Assembly (NCBI GenBank): GCA_012026655.1
Contig: JAAILG010001770.1
Span: 1-62,077, forward strand
Length of the DNA: 62,077 bases
From: Hydrolagus affinis
Lineage: Eukaryota
Direction of reading: 5' to 3'
Shown: piece after piece, positions 40,281-53,400 of the stretch
Layout: each line of letters opens with the position of its first letter
Position numbering within the stretch: the stretch's first letter is position 1
Position numbers and translations under genes: made by a program
The notes under the pieces: generated by a model
The model's input: the letters and a program-made list of their open reading frames with translations, nothing else
What the model was told of the DNA's origin: nothing
Database searches by the model: none

Positions 40281-40358
40281 CCAAGTGGAAAGGGGTCTCG
40301 CTTACCGGAGGTTTACTGCGTTATCAGTCGGCTGGGCTGCTTCACACTATTCTCAAAG
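40281..40358 (+). CDS. DENND2B: DENND2B exon (PSGKGSRLPEVYCVISRLGCFTLFSK)
   Basis: ttttcag| acceptor, AAG|GTAAAG donor. Confidence 0.95.
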
Positions 40359-43300
40359 GTAAAGCCTTATAACCTAAGGGGCAGGAAAATAAACTTTAGC
40401 CGATGTCTTCTTGATATTGATACAAATGAATACTGAGAGAGTACCGGGGTCCCATCAAAAATTCATACAAAGGGAAATGGCTTTGCATGGATTACTAAAA
40501 CTACTGCCTTTAAGGATTTTTTTAATATCTCCTTGTGATGCCGCACAGGTACTGTTATTAAGGAAACAGGGCAGTTAATCCACCTCAGTGAGCTCCTACA
40601 CACAGCAGTGAGATGATTGACTACTTAACCTGTTGTATTAATGAATATGGATGAGCTTGGCCACCTGGCAAACTCTCTGTTCTTCAAAATAGTGTCATCT
40701 TTGTCATCCATCTGCCAAGGTGTGAACAGTGTTAACATGAGATACCACCAATAAATTACCAACTCTTTGGCTCATCACCTGAACGGAGAGAGAAAGCACA
40801 AATGAGCAGAGAGGACAAGGAGATAACAGATAATAGACATTCGCTGCGAAGAACTGTAAGAAATATTGAGTACAATCTTCTAATAAATTAGCCATTCACC
40901 TACCTCACGGCTGTTTGTGGGACCTTGCTGGCCTGTAGTGCTTGGCTGTGGGAATAGCTACCACACTCGATAGTTACCTTGCAACGTGGATTCAACAAGT
41001 TGTTACGAATATGAAAATTTTTAACTTGGGAATTGTTGGGAAGGACTGAAATGCTCAAAGAGAAAAGATTCGCTCCACATTAGCTCTGCGTCTATCCATG
41101 GTGGTTCTGACCAGCAAGCTTGAAAATCACTGAGCATTGCTGGGGTTTAATTTGCAGTAATGATCCTCAATGTTTGTCTGCAGGAGATGCAGTCATAGCA
41201 CAAAAGCATTTCTCCTTTAGTGGGAAATGGTAAAACTTGCCTTTTTCCCCCCCACCCCCAATTAAAGGGATGGTGTTGGTTGACCCCATACAGATTCGAT
41301 TTCAAAACTTGTGAACCTTGAAACAAAAGTTCCCTTTAAAAACCCAATGGAATAAATTTGGCCGTGTGGTTTGGGAAAGGAATCCCGATTAAAGCTTGTG
41401 ACCAGGAGAATAGCAGTTAGGTCCCAAAAGGAATTCTAAGCACTGAGAGGAAATTAGAAGGAGGCAGAGGAAGTAGCAAGGCAGAGCTTTGGGAGATGTT
41501 TATTGCTCACAGAATAACTGCGAACGGTGAAGTTGGATGAACAAAAATCCAACCGAAGCATTTTGAAACAAAAAAGAATGCAATGGACTTTTTGTTCAGT
41601 TTTGCCAACGTGTACAGAGTAAATCCTGTCAATCCCTTCAAGAAGTTCGCCTGATGTGAAAGGCGCTGTATCAAATGCAAGGAATTAATTATGACACAGC
41701 AATAGCTAAAAATAGTACACTAGTCAAATATTTTTACCGATTGTACCCATTATAAAAACATTTCTGTTTTGAGGCGATCAGTGTCATATTCTTTTTTTTT
41801 AACTTATTTAGCATTTTGGAATAATCCTTGGTAAAATGATAAGCAGTCACACTCTCCATACTCCATTGCAAACTCCAGTATCTGCTCTCATGAGACAACA
41901 GCACTTCAAGTTGTGGAGACACAACATCAGAGAGCCTTTCACCTAAAAATATAGAGCAGGCAGACAGTGTATCTGCTGAGTCCATCTCTTTAAAGATTCA
42001 AAACTGAACTGAAGTGAGAAGCCATAGGGGACTCATAGAAGAACATGGGGTTTATGGTATAGGGCTGGTGGGCTAAGTGTTCCAGACTAGGGGATATGGA
42101 GAACCAAACACAGCAGATGTTATGATGAAAGGACATAAACGGAAGATGAGACGAAATGGGGTCAAGCAGGAGGCTGATAAAATATTTGTTTAATTTTTGG
42201 ACTTGTTCTGTATATTTCTGGAAATGTCAAAAAGACGGCAAGTTGACCTGGTTGCCTGGGCAAAGGAGTATCTATAAGAGTTGGGATTTCAAGGAAGAGT
42301 TTCAGGCCTGTTGCACATTAGCTGGTCCTGACTCCTGGATGGCTCAGCAGGCTGTTCAGCTCAGGTTTCTCTTGCCAGACGAACTGTAGCTTTGCAAAGA
42401 ACTTTTATAAAAATATACTTTAAGCCATGTTGGCAGGAAGAAATGCACGTTTAACCCTTTCCTTGTTGTCCAGCTGAAATATTGTCCCCAAGCACATTGC
42501 ATGAAAACCTCCAGAAAATGACATTTGAGATATAGTTAGTTTATTAGTGAATAAAAACAACAACAAAATTACATTTGTATGGTGCCTTTCAGGCTAGGAG
42601 GATGTCCCAGTTTAATCACTGCTAATATGCGTGATTCAAGAACTTCTTTGCTGGGAAGGGGTGTAGAGTGGGTTGCATAGTTTAACCACTGAGCTCAAGG
42701 GGAGTCCATTCATTATTTCGCAGACCCAAATGGAGACAGAATAACATCAGAACACAAACATTCCTGCAACCCAAAGACATGTGTGTGACTACTTTTAAAA
42801 TGTGGTCAAAGTCCTTGGAGTGGGAAAGTTTGTCAAGGGTTAGTGGTCAATCAGATCACATCACTGTGGTAATAATTTCTCTAAACATTAGTTGCAAATG
42901 TTCCTGATTGATGATATTACCAAGCAGAGACACTTCTGTGGGTCTAGAAGGCTTAGCAAAACACAAGCCCACGCAACGTATCTTTTTACAAATGGACTTT
43001 CCATCATTATATGCAATACCACATGATTTCCCCATAGGAGAATCCATGCAAAAACTGCCCATGGATTTTCTTCTTTACTTTTCTTTTTTCACATTGGTTC
43101 AGGACTCCAAGGGGGTTTAACACTGTTGAGTTTAATGCACACCAGAAATAGGTAGAAAATTGACCAAAATATACTGATAAGAGATGCACTTGATATCCAA
43201 GCTTTAAATTGGAATAAAGTTTCTTGATGATTCCCGGCATAAAACATAATTCAAATGGTTTTGTGTGAGACAGTATCAAATATTTGCATGGTGCACAGCA

Positions 43301-43793
43301 CATCTGGAGAGTATTTCTAGCGAGCCTGCTGCCGCTATACCATGACAGAAGATTCGAAATCCCACAATGAAATGAAAATGGAACCAGATGCAGAAGGGAA
43401 AGTAACTCTACCCCTTTATCGGTAGAGTTATTTGGAGTTGTGAGCTTCTTCACCAAACTAACTTGGTGATCTTCTGAACATCCTTCTTCAATGGATGATT
43501 CGCTCACCGCTAGCCTTCAGCCAATTTCTCTACCTCTCTCTTTCTGTCACTGTCCCTCTCTCTTCTCATCCTCACTTCATTCCTTTTCCTGTTTCATCTA
43601 TTACAAGGGGGATATGTAAATAAGATCCACCAATGGCTGAATTAAGATGAAAGACACTGAAAGACAAATCTGTTATTATTGTACCAGGAATTGATTGTGA
43701 TATGTCATAACGTTTAGTGGTCAGAGATCAAGGAACAACTGTGTGGAAAATTGACCTGGATTCTTGATAATGCTTGACATTCTGCCTGACCAG

Positions 43794-43934
43794 ATTCTGG
43801 ATGAAGTGGAAAGAAGACGTGGAATTTCTGCTGCCCTGGTCTATCCATTCATGAGGAGCCTCATGGAGTCTCCCTTCCCAGCCCCGGGAAGGACAATACG
43901 AGTCAAGACCTTTCTTCCAGGAGCTGGGAATGAG
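43794..43934 (+). CDS. DENND2B: DENND2B exon (ILDEVERRRGISAALVYPF...PGAGNE)
   Basis: accag| acceptor, GAG|GTGAGG donor; DENN core. Confidence 0.96.
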
Positions 43935-43942
43935 GTGAGGAT

Positions 43943-44067
43943 GACTGCAGACACTAGAAATCTGAAATAAAAACATAACTTGCTGGGAACACGCAGTAGG
44001 TTAGGAAGCATCTATGGAGAGAGGCAAATGAGTTTAACGTTTCAGGTCCATGACCTTATGTCAGAAC
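43943..44067 (-). mobile_element. Penelope-like family single arm with decayed hammerhead core
   Basis: Homologous to the left arm and loop of the 47695-47909 element. Confidence 0.6.
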
Positions 44068-44986
44068 GTAGGTACATTCATTCCAATGGACCAGTTTACA
44101 AGCTTCTGACTCTTCACCTGCAAATGTGCATTTGAAAATGTTATTTAAAATCATTAAATGTACTGTACTAAACCATCTCCAGAAGATGAGCATTGAGCTC
44201 TATGCAAAACTAAATTACATGCATGAAATAAACAAAGTATACATTTGTGGAGCTGGAAACACACATTTAATCGGAGCTGTGCAGGATAATGGATGTCTGG
44301 CAGTGCCTTTTAAAGTCTTAATCCATCCAAGCTGTTCCACTGAGATCACAAACCACAAAAAGTAAAGTTCGAGAAACTTAAACCGTGACTTTTAAGTCAG
44401 CAAATCCATGAGTTCAAATCATTGTCTTAAACTCGCTGTTTCAGTTATTCTTTACAAATAAAGTATATAGGTTTTAAACGTTTTTTTTAATAAACTTTTT
44501 TATATCAATTATTTGTCGATAGTGCTGAGCATGACCAGGGGAACTAAGAGATAAGCGTGGAACATACCAAAAGTTTCCATATATCTTCAATCCAGTCAAT
44601 TGACTTTACAGTATATTTTGTGAAGCGCATACTGCAGTAATGTCTTTTCTGTGGCAGATCATGGACTTTGGCATCACTAGATGTTGAATCAAAGCCTGTG
44701 TCCCAATGTCTCATGTACCAATAACATTTCCAAAAGACATCGCAGAAAGGATAAAAACTGTTCCAATTTGACCCGTCAAGATATCATTCCTACGGGTTCA
44801 TGTTCACTAGATGTCATTAACAAGTGTGGTGAATAATAATGATAGTTGAATACTGTATAAGGCCTACCAATGTCCTATAGCAATAGGTTGGAACCATATG
44901 TGATTAAGCACTCCAACTCTGTTATCGCTGCCAGGACGCTAGCCTGTGTGAAGGGCTCGGTATAAATGTTGTTATTGTTACTGCAG

Positions 44987-45135
44987 GTTATTGAGCTGCG
45001 ACGTCCCATGGACTCTCGGTTGGAGCACGTGGACTTTGATTGTCTCTTCAGTTGCCTCAGCGTCCGGCAGGTCATCAGGATCTTTGCTTCTCTACTGCTT
45101 GAGCGACGAGTGATATTCATCGCAGACAAACTGAG
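44987..45135 (+). CDS. DENND2B: DENND2B exon (VIELRRPMDSRLEHVDF...LLLERRVIFIADKL)
   Basis: ctgcag| acceptor, AG|GTAAC donor; LLLERRVIF DENN motif. Confidence 0.96.
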
Positions 45136-47504
45136 GTAACAGAAAGTGCCCAGATTTATTTACGTTGACTAGGCACTGGGGAGATCTTTGTGGGACACTG
45201 GCTGTGTGCAATTGTGCTGCCGTGTTTTACAGTCACCGCATCTGTGAAATGCTTTGAGACGTCCTTCTGACGAGCTGCAGCCAATGCAAGGATTATTATC
45301 ATATTATCGATTACCTTTGCAGCTTGCTCCCTGTTTGTCCCTTTTAACCCTAAGAAAGAAGAAGACCCCAGCTTTAACCCAGCTTTCTCTGCCAAAGTGG
45401 GACCTGTGTCAATACAGTATTCTCACCCCGTAGGAAACAAATGTTTACTCAAAGATTGTACATCCACAAAATACCATTTGGACGGATAGGAAGTTGCTAA
45501 AACCGTAGAGCTGCAGTGATTCTGCTCGTTAAGGTTTTTGTTGTGTATCTACTGCAATAACTTTGGAAAACCCAGCATCATTTTCTGTGTCGTTGCTCTT
45601 AGCAAGAGAACGACAAACAGTTTCAAAGTGATATGAAAAGAATGCAAGATATTTTGCCGACACAGCCACAAATAGAGGCTGTTAGTCCAAGGAGGAAATT
45701 AAAAATGGTTTATGAGGGCAAGATGCTACAGTGCACATGCAAGGTAATGAGGCACTGCCAGTAAATCTTTAACCCTCTTTATAAGAAAGCATGGAATGAG
45801 AAAATATTTTATAGGGCAATTTGGTCGTCTCCTTCACTGCCCAGTCAAACCTGGCCCATCATGGACTTCACACTCCCTTTCAACCTCAATGTGAAACTGT
45901 AATCAAGAATCCAAAAAACTGATCAAGAACGGAACAAAGCCCCCTCTTCCTCCTCCCCCCACCCCACAACCTGAGGTCTGAGCCCCAGAAGAGATTTAAG
46001 AGAGACAACCTTGTGGGAAGTGTCTTTATTTTCAAGTGAATATCTGCTTTGCTTTGAACATAACATTGAGAAAAAAAGCTGTGATCCCTTTTAAAGCATT
46101 ATTTCCCCCCACTCTCCTGCCCCCACACACCACCCAATCAACTAAACAACCAACCAGATCTATGTCGAGGCCCCTTCAGTCCTGTAAAACTTGTTAACAA
46201 ATTTGTCCTCAAACTTCATTTAATTCCGATTTCAGTAATTACACAGGATGGAGGCATCTGGAACACATTAAGGAAACATTTTACCTTTGGACACAAATTT
46301 TGGAGTAATATTTGATAATTTTTCTTTCTACTGCTCTTACTTTTTAACCAGTCCCTCTCACTCAACCAACACACACACACACACACACCTTCCTGCCTCA
46401 ACCTTGGTCCAGGGAGGAAAAACTGCAACCGGTTTAGCTTTCTGATCAGAAAGCTAAATACAAGGAGGAGGAATTGATATGATAGTGAATTTGCAAGCCG
46501 GTTTCTATTTCTAATAAAAATGATTCAATTCTGCAATTAAAATAATGACATATAATAATCCTGGCATTTGATAATAATAATAATCCTTGCATTTGATCAC
46601 GTCTTCTAGATGTCTCAAAGCACTTCACAGAATATATTGTAAAGTGAATTGAAGCACCTTATCACATCTTCGAGACATCTCAAAGCGCTTCACGGAATAT
46701 AATGACAAATTTATGGTAACTATAGTGGTAACACACTTGTTTTGGCACAGCTCACATTTCAGCGATTGAAATTTCTGGGGATCTCACTGAATGTCTTGGG
46801 GAAATAACATCTGTCCTGCGTAATTACAGTTTTAGTACAATCTTGAGTCCTGCTCAAACTCACAAAAGTGTTTTCAACCATCCTACCTCCCACTGAAATA
46901 CAGAATAGCTCAAGACACACCAAGTATTTGGCATTGTTTCTGAAAATAATTTGTTTAGCCTGCTTATCTGGAAAGGCTGGGTTTAAACAGAACTCTTGTC
47001 TGTTGTTCATTCCCCCCCCTTTGTATCCCCCCATCTTCTTCCCCTCTTCCTCTTCCCCCCTCCTCTTTCCACTCCCCCTGTCCTGACCCAAGCCATGATG
47101 GCAATATTCATATACAATCCAACCAGAAACAGATGCAACCCTTTATACAAACAGCACTGCGAGAGTGCAAACAGCTGAGTTTGTGATACACATTGTTAGC
47201 TGTGGCCTGAGTTACCACTCTGATGCTTAGTTGTCTGAGAAGGCACAGGGTTAAAAATAAGGAGCAGGGAAACTGAGGTTTGGGCAGAAACAGAACGTAA
47301 ATCTTTCTAAGACTACCTGGCGGAAATAGAAATTGTTGAATTAAAATGATCCCATTTTGACCTCTTCACCTCCTCAAACTGTAAGCTCAGGGATAAACCT
47401 GGAAACGCATCACTTGTGTCCTCTCTTAGCTGGCTAGAGATTAGATAATAGGACATTGTCGGTGTGGTGGAGAAAATATATCAAAAACAATAGAGCCTAG
47501 TAGT

Positions 47505-47576
47505 GTGGTGGGGTTGGGGGAGGGTGGGGGGGGGGGAGGGGAGGAGGGGCGGTGGAGGGTAGAGAGAGAGAGAGAA
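47505..47576 (+). repeat. G-rich tract plus (GA)n microsatellite
   Basis: More than four runs of 3 or more G with short spacers, followed by GAGAGA. Confidence 0.8.
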
Positions 47577-47694
47577 AGATTATTCAGCTCTGGTCTGTGT
47601 GGCGGCAAAATAAGTTCTAACTGAGATCAGGCATTAAAAAGCCTACACAATGGAAACCTTGCCACTCTCCAAATGAGAATACAATCACAATTGG

Positions 47695-47909
47695 CAGAAA
47701 TCACTGGGAACACTCAGCAGGTCAGGCAGCATCTATGGAGAAAGGAAAAGTGAGTCAACGTTTCAGATCCACGACCCTTCGTCAGAACCCAACATTGGAC
47801 CTGAAACGTTGACTCACTTTTCCTTTCTCCTTAGATGCTGCCTGACCTGCTGAGTGTTCCCAGCGATTTCTGTTTTTGTTTCCGATTTCCAGCATCTGCT
47901 ATATTTTGC
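47695..47909. mobile_element. Penelope-like inverted-repeat element with a minimal hammerhead-like motif
   Basis: 77-bp inverted arms (3 mismatches) around a 24-nt loop; - strand CTGACGA...GAAACGTT; TGAGAATACA direct repeats nearby on both flanks. Confidence 0.65.
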
Positions 47910-50377
47910 AATTTGAGAATACATTGGGTCAGGTTGAGAAGGTCAGATCCACAAAGCCACTGGCAAATCTCCAAAACCCCATGAAATTGATTTGGATGTT
48001 TATGAAGTCTTTGGAAGCTTTATCTTTTTTTTCCTGATGCTATGCTTGGCTCTCAAAGTGCTGAATAGATCATTGCAGAAGCTACTTGCATCAACATGTA
48101 GAAATGCATTTGATCTCTGGTATTGTATGAATCAAATGGGTTTGGAGGATGTGGGAGAAGTATAGACTTGCAACAATAGTGAATTAGTATGTTTCATTCT
48201 CATTACAACATGTTTCCAGGATCTATTCATTTCAAAAGAAATGAACCATGCGTACATCCTAATAGCATTCTTTGCTGCTCCTTTTAACCCTGCCGATCCC
48301 AGTTCCATGTATTTTCGACCTTCAAGGAAGATTATTATTAAAAAACATATGATTTAGTGTCCGATTCAACATGGAAGTATTGAAATCACTTTGGGAGCCT
48401 GGTTCAGAGATAATGGTAGAATTATGAAGTGTTTCCATTCAGGTTACGGAATCAGACAGGTTCTAGACAAGACTCTGTGGTATTACTCAGAATGTTTTTA
48501 AGCACAAAGTCTCCAATTGTATAAGCAATGATCTGCTCCAGCAGAATCTCCCTTTCCACAACATTCCTCGGTGTTTCAAATTCATTCTTGTGCTCAACAA
48601 GGTAATGGCTATTATTTCAGTGCCAGCATCACATAATCACATAGCAAACATCACACGACCAATAGCTTATTCACTTAGCTGAACAATGGGTAGCGGCCCA
48701 ACTATAGAAAAATTCCCCTAACTGCTGAGTTCCCACAACACTTGAACGTGGACTGAAATTCTGGTCGGAGTTACCTTTTAACACCTTTGGTGACAGCTGC
48801 TGCTTATGGGATTTCCCCTGTGGAATTGTTGGAAGATGCTAGACTGAAATTTCTGCCAACCTGTGGTCTTTCTGAGTGAGGTTAATTCAGGCTGTTTCAT
48901 GCTGCAAACCCACACTTACCTGAAAACTGAAATGAAACTGTGGGACCTTTAAAGGGAAGAAGGGACAGTTTACCAACGTGCTACCCCACATTCCAGCTAC
49001 CTGTTTCATTCCTTCTGTCTTAATCTGTGAATGTATTTTAGATGATGTTTTCTTGAAAGAGTGAGTGCCAACGAATGTGCAACGATGTAGATATTGTCTC
49101 ATCTTATAGTTTGTGAAGGTGCAGGGATTTACAAGGTTCTTATAACTTATAACTGTATCAACTGTTTGAAGGAGCTATCAAGCTCTCCCACTCTTACCCC
49201 CAAATTTTATGCACCTCTCCAATTCACAGTATCCCAAAAGCAAATTTCTTAAGAAAAATAGCCAGTTTCCATGGAATTCTCAATTGGATTCTGTACTTTT
49301 TGTTCAATTAAATGCAGTTCAAACCTGTCTGGCAATCGGCTATTACCCCCTGTGACAGTGCCGCAAAACACAGCCTGTATTGCTCCAAGCCAGTGGTGAA
49401 CCAGGGCTGAGCTTGAAGCTACACGATGAGGAAAATCGCATTTTGTGTTCTGCAGGCTGTTAACAATGTTAAAATTGAATAAGAAAATATATTTGCCAAG
49501 CTTAAAGAGCAAATGAAAGAAAACTGGATATTAATAATAAAAAAGAACCTGTGTCTGAATGAATGCTTCTTTGTTCTGGCATGTTATTGAAAGGATAATG
49601 AGTGCTGCAGATGAGAATGTATATGTGTGTGTGTGTCTGTGTGTGGGGATGGGTGGGGGTGGAGTTATAAATTAGGACGAGTAAATCACATTAAATTTAT
49701 TTACCTTTTGAACAGATTTTTAGGATGTCCCAGAGTACAAACTTTCCAATGAAAGTTGATCGTGAGGATTTGTGCTTTACTAATACAAGCTTTTCAGTGA
49801 AAGTCTTTTACAGTGAAAGTCTGTGTGTAATAATCTTGGTAACAACATGAGCTTTGTAATGAGAGAAAAATGATGGTCAGCATCTGTGTACATCAAGATA
49901 AGATTTGAAATTAGAATGTTTAAAATAGGGATCTATGTTTAATTTTTTTAAATGCTCATATACATACCCGTGGTGAATAAATAAGAGCTTTCTTAGGACT
50001 ATAATTTGAAAACCTAAGGGGTGAATTCACAATGATTATTTACCCAATGTGATTTTATATGATTTTGGCTTCCTAATCTCACAGCAGCAGCATCAGTAAA
50101 TTTACCAGACAGCAGAGAATAAAACAAGTCGAGGTCAATAATTTACTGATCATCAGAGAGTCATCCATCTAGGGTGTTTGTTCTCAATCTCTACAGAAGC
50201 CCTGTGATGAGGTAGATTGTTATGTGAGGCAAGTTATCAGTTCACGAAACAAGGTGCAATCCCACCTGTTACAACTTCATATTTTAGTTTTGACTAAAAA
50301 CTGGGTACAAATTAAATCTTGTCACCAGGTAGCATTTCTCCCTTTGATACACTGAAAAAGATTTGACCTCTACAAGA

Positions 50378-50689
50378 TGTGGAGTCCTGTAGCTCAGTGG
50401 TTAGAGCACTCGCTTTACAAGCGTGAGATCCATGTTCTGAATCCAGGCAGGTCAGGGCGAAACCTTGGGCAATTTTCCTTACGCCTAATAATAATCCGTC
50501 CAAAAAAAACCTAGAATAAATTGGTCATTTCAATCCATGACTGTTTGTGGGACACTGCTGTGCGCAATTGGCTGCCGCGTTTCGTCCGCAAATATACAGT
50601 TGGCTCACTTTACAGTACATTCTGTGAAGCGCATTGAGACGTCTAGAAGACGTGAAAAGCGCTACATCAAAAATGCAAGGATTATTATT
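50378..50689 (+). mobile_element. Full-length tRNA-headed SINE with Deu-like core and L2-like tail
   Basis: A-box TAGCTCAGTGG, decayed B-box, GCTGTGCGCAATTGGCTGCCGCGTTTC core, tail stem-loop plus ATT; possible TSD TACAAGAT/TATAAGAT. Confidence 0.85.
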
Positions 50690-51686
50690 GTATAAGATTA
50701 CCTGTTGTTTTGCCCAACTGACAAGCATGTTAAATTCAGAGATGAAGTATAGCATTTAAGATTTGATTTAGCCTTATTTCCTGGGTTGAGGTTTTGGACA
50801 GCTCTGACATTCTGTCACACACACGTGTAGTATGCGGTGGCCAAATGCTTGATCAATGGCATCCTGCTTTGCTTGTGGTAAACCACAGTTTTGCTGTCAA
50901 TTGATTGCATAATATCAAATACTATGTATTGGATTATCACCAACAGTGCTCAGTGACATGGACAACGTGTAGGTTCTTACATTGAGGCTGTTACAAAAGG
51001 GCAATCAGATTGGTGAGCAACTGGATTCTCATCACCTGAGTTATGAGCAGAGATTGTGGGAAAATTCAGACGAAGGAAGGCTTGACAAATATGCTATTGA
51101 AGTCACTCAATTCATGACTGTTTGTGGAACACTGCTGTGTGCAATTGGCTGCCATGTTTCACGCACAACAACAAAATTACACTTGTATAGGCGCTGAAAA
51201 TTCAAAATACACAGTCGATTCACTTTACAATAAATGTTGTGAAGCGCTTTGTGATGTCTCAATGACATGGCTATATCAAATGCAAAGATCATTTATTTGT
51301 TTGTTTGTTTGGTATTATGTATTCAAGAACACAAATATAGTTAAACGGAATCATAATATATATTTACCAAATGTAGATTGGTACATCTACAATCTACAGA
51401 TTGTAGGGAGCTATGGACTTATTCAGAAAATGAAGGTGAACAGACACTTGAAATTTCATTCTTTAATGCAGAACGTGGTGAATAAATGGAATTGACTTTG
51501 TAGGGAGATAGTGGAGACCCTGGCTGAACAAATTCAAGAGGGAATTAGATAACTACTTGGCAACAAATAAAATTGAGGGAAATGAGAGATGGAGTAGTAT
51601 AGGATTACTGTATTTAGTTATTATTTTCTCTTTATTTATTTAACTTAGGGACCTTCCAGATGGCCCACAATAGTACTACAGTACTC

Positions 51687-51986
51687 ATAATATTAATCCT
51701 TGCATTTGATATAGTGTGTCAAAGCGCTTCACAGAATATACTGTGAAGTGAATTGTATATATGTGGGCGAAACGTGGCAGCCAGTTGTGCGAAACACGGC
51801 AGCCAATTGTGCACAGCAATGTCCCACAAACAGTCGTGGATTGAAAGAACAATGTTTGGGGGGACAGATTATTATTAGGTGTGGAGAGTAAGGAAACTTG
51901 CCCAAGGGTTCGTCCCACCTTGATTCGAACACAGATCGCACGCTTGTAAGGCGAGTGCTCTAACCACTGAGCCACAGGACTCCACA
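51687..51986 (-). mobile_element. Full-length SINE copy (inverted relative to the 50378 and ~51105-51290 copies)
   Basis: - strand TGTGGAGTCCTGTGGCTCAGTGGTTAGAGCAC...GTTCGAATC head, core and tail. Confidence 0.85.
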
Positions 51987-53222
51987 ATGGGACTGAACAT
52001 GAGATGATTGCTGTGCAAGTTGCGTGGCAACTATCAGTGGTGTTCTGCAGTAGAGCCTTTACCCAGCGCTCAGCTTCTTATGACAGCACTGACGGACAAC
52101 GGTTCCCTCAACAATGATATTTTCACCGTATCAAATAGACCTGATCACTTTTTAAACACCATTTGTAGCTCCAAAGCAGACCTTGTAAAGGAGGTTGAAT
52201 GGCAATTCAGGGTTAATTCCTGTTAAAGTGTTAAGTGAGTGCTGTAAGGCTCTGTAATTTACCAAGAAATCATAAATTTACAAGATTGAAAAGTTGCGCA
52301 AACCAGCTGCTGTTTACAGAAAGGCTGGTATGGGACCAGTGAATGCTACCACCTGCTGGAGGTGCAGAGGAGAGGCGGGTTTAGGTGCACGGGTAAATCA
52401 AGTTTACTTCTGGCCAGGGTTACAGTGCTGAATCCTAATTATTGTGACCTTAAGTTGAAAGTCCTCTTCACGTTCCTTCATTCTCCCATTTGAAAAGAAT
52501 TTAATTTCAGTGGTTAGAGTCTGCTTTCATCATAATTACAAGCATATGATTATTTTGGCTGCAAATTTAATTCTTAAAAACAAAGGCCCTGGAAGGATTT
52601 GATCCTCATTATGCAGCCTGATCATTGGTGACAAGTAAAATGAGGCTCTCAGACACATCCTCCATGATTGGAGTAAAACACTTTCAGATTCCCAGCCCGA
52701 CAACTGGCCAGACCTCCATGCGAGTGTTTGTTATTTCAGGAACACTCATTAAAATGCTTTTGGGGTATGTTTTCCTTAAGAGTTTTTACAATAGAAATTA
52801 TCTCGGAAAGTATCCACAGTTTTGTACCACTTCTTTTGGGCACTGTTGGCTTCTGGATTTTACTTTGCTTTAGTGCATTGGGACCTTTCTGTGCTCCGTG
52901 GACAAAAAGGGTATTCCAGGACCAAAGCCACATTAACCAAAGGAGAGATTCTAGAGGACGTTTTTCTGGTTAATTTCCCTTTTCGGCTTACGGCCTGGTG
53001 ACGTTCAGATACTGGACGTACATGCTTGCTTGGGCACTGAGTGTTTGAACTGCGCGTTTCAGTCAAGTGGCAGGTGAAGGAGTATTGCCTATTAGATGCC
53101 GTGTTGCCCATTGATAAAGGATGCTTCACATAGAATGGTTATATGGCCGCATTAGATGTCATGTTAACTGTACTCAACAATGGGATTAATTGTGTGCCGT
53201 TGTCATGTGTCTTCCCACGCAG

Positions 53223-53400
53223 CACTTTGTCCAGCTGTGCCCATGCTGTGGTGGCCTTGCTCTATCCCTTCTCCTGGCAGCACACCTTCATTCCAGTGCT
53301 GCCCTCCTCCATGATCGACATTGTCTGCTGCCCCACGCCTTTCCTCGTGGGCCTGCTCTCCAGCTCGCTGCCCAAACTCAAAGAGCTTCCGGTGGAAGAG
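53223..53400 (+). CDS. DENND2B: DENND2B exon (TLSSCAHAVVALLYPFSWQHTFIPVLP...PVEE)
   Basis: cgcag| acceptor, GAG|GTAAGA donor; LLYPFSWQHTFIPVLP and PTPFLVG DENN motifs. Confidence 0.97.

Noticed and set aside
39958-40362. 134-aa ORF with poly-Ile
   Set aside because: The poly-Ile is the SINE (ATT)n tail, and the ORF overlaps the real exon 40281-40358 in the wrong frame.
50378-50452. tRNA-like sequences (also ~39713, ~51915-51986, ~1915, ~660-737)
   Set aside because: They are SINE heads continuing into SINE bodies, with no intact cloverleaf, so they are not tRNA genes.
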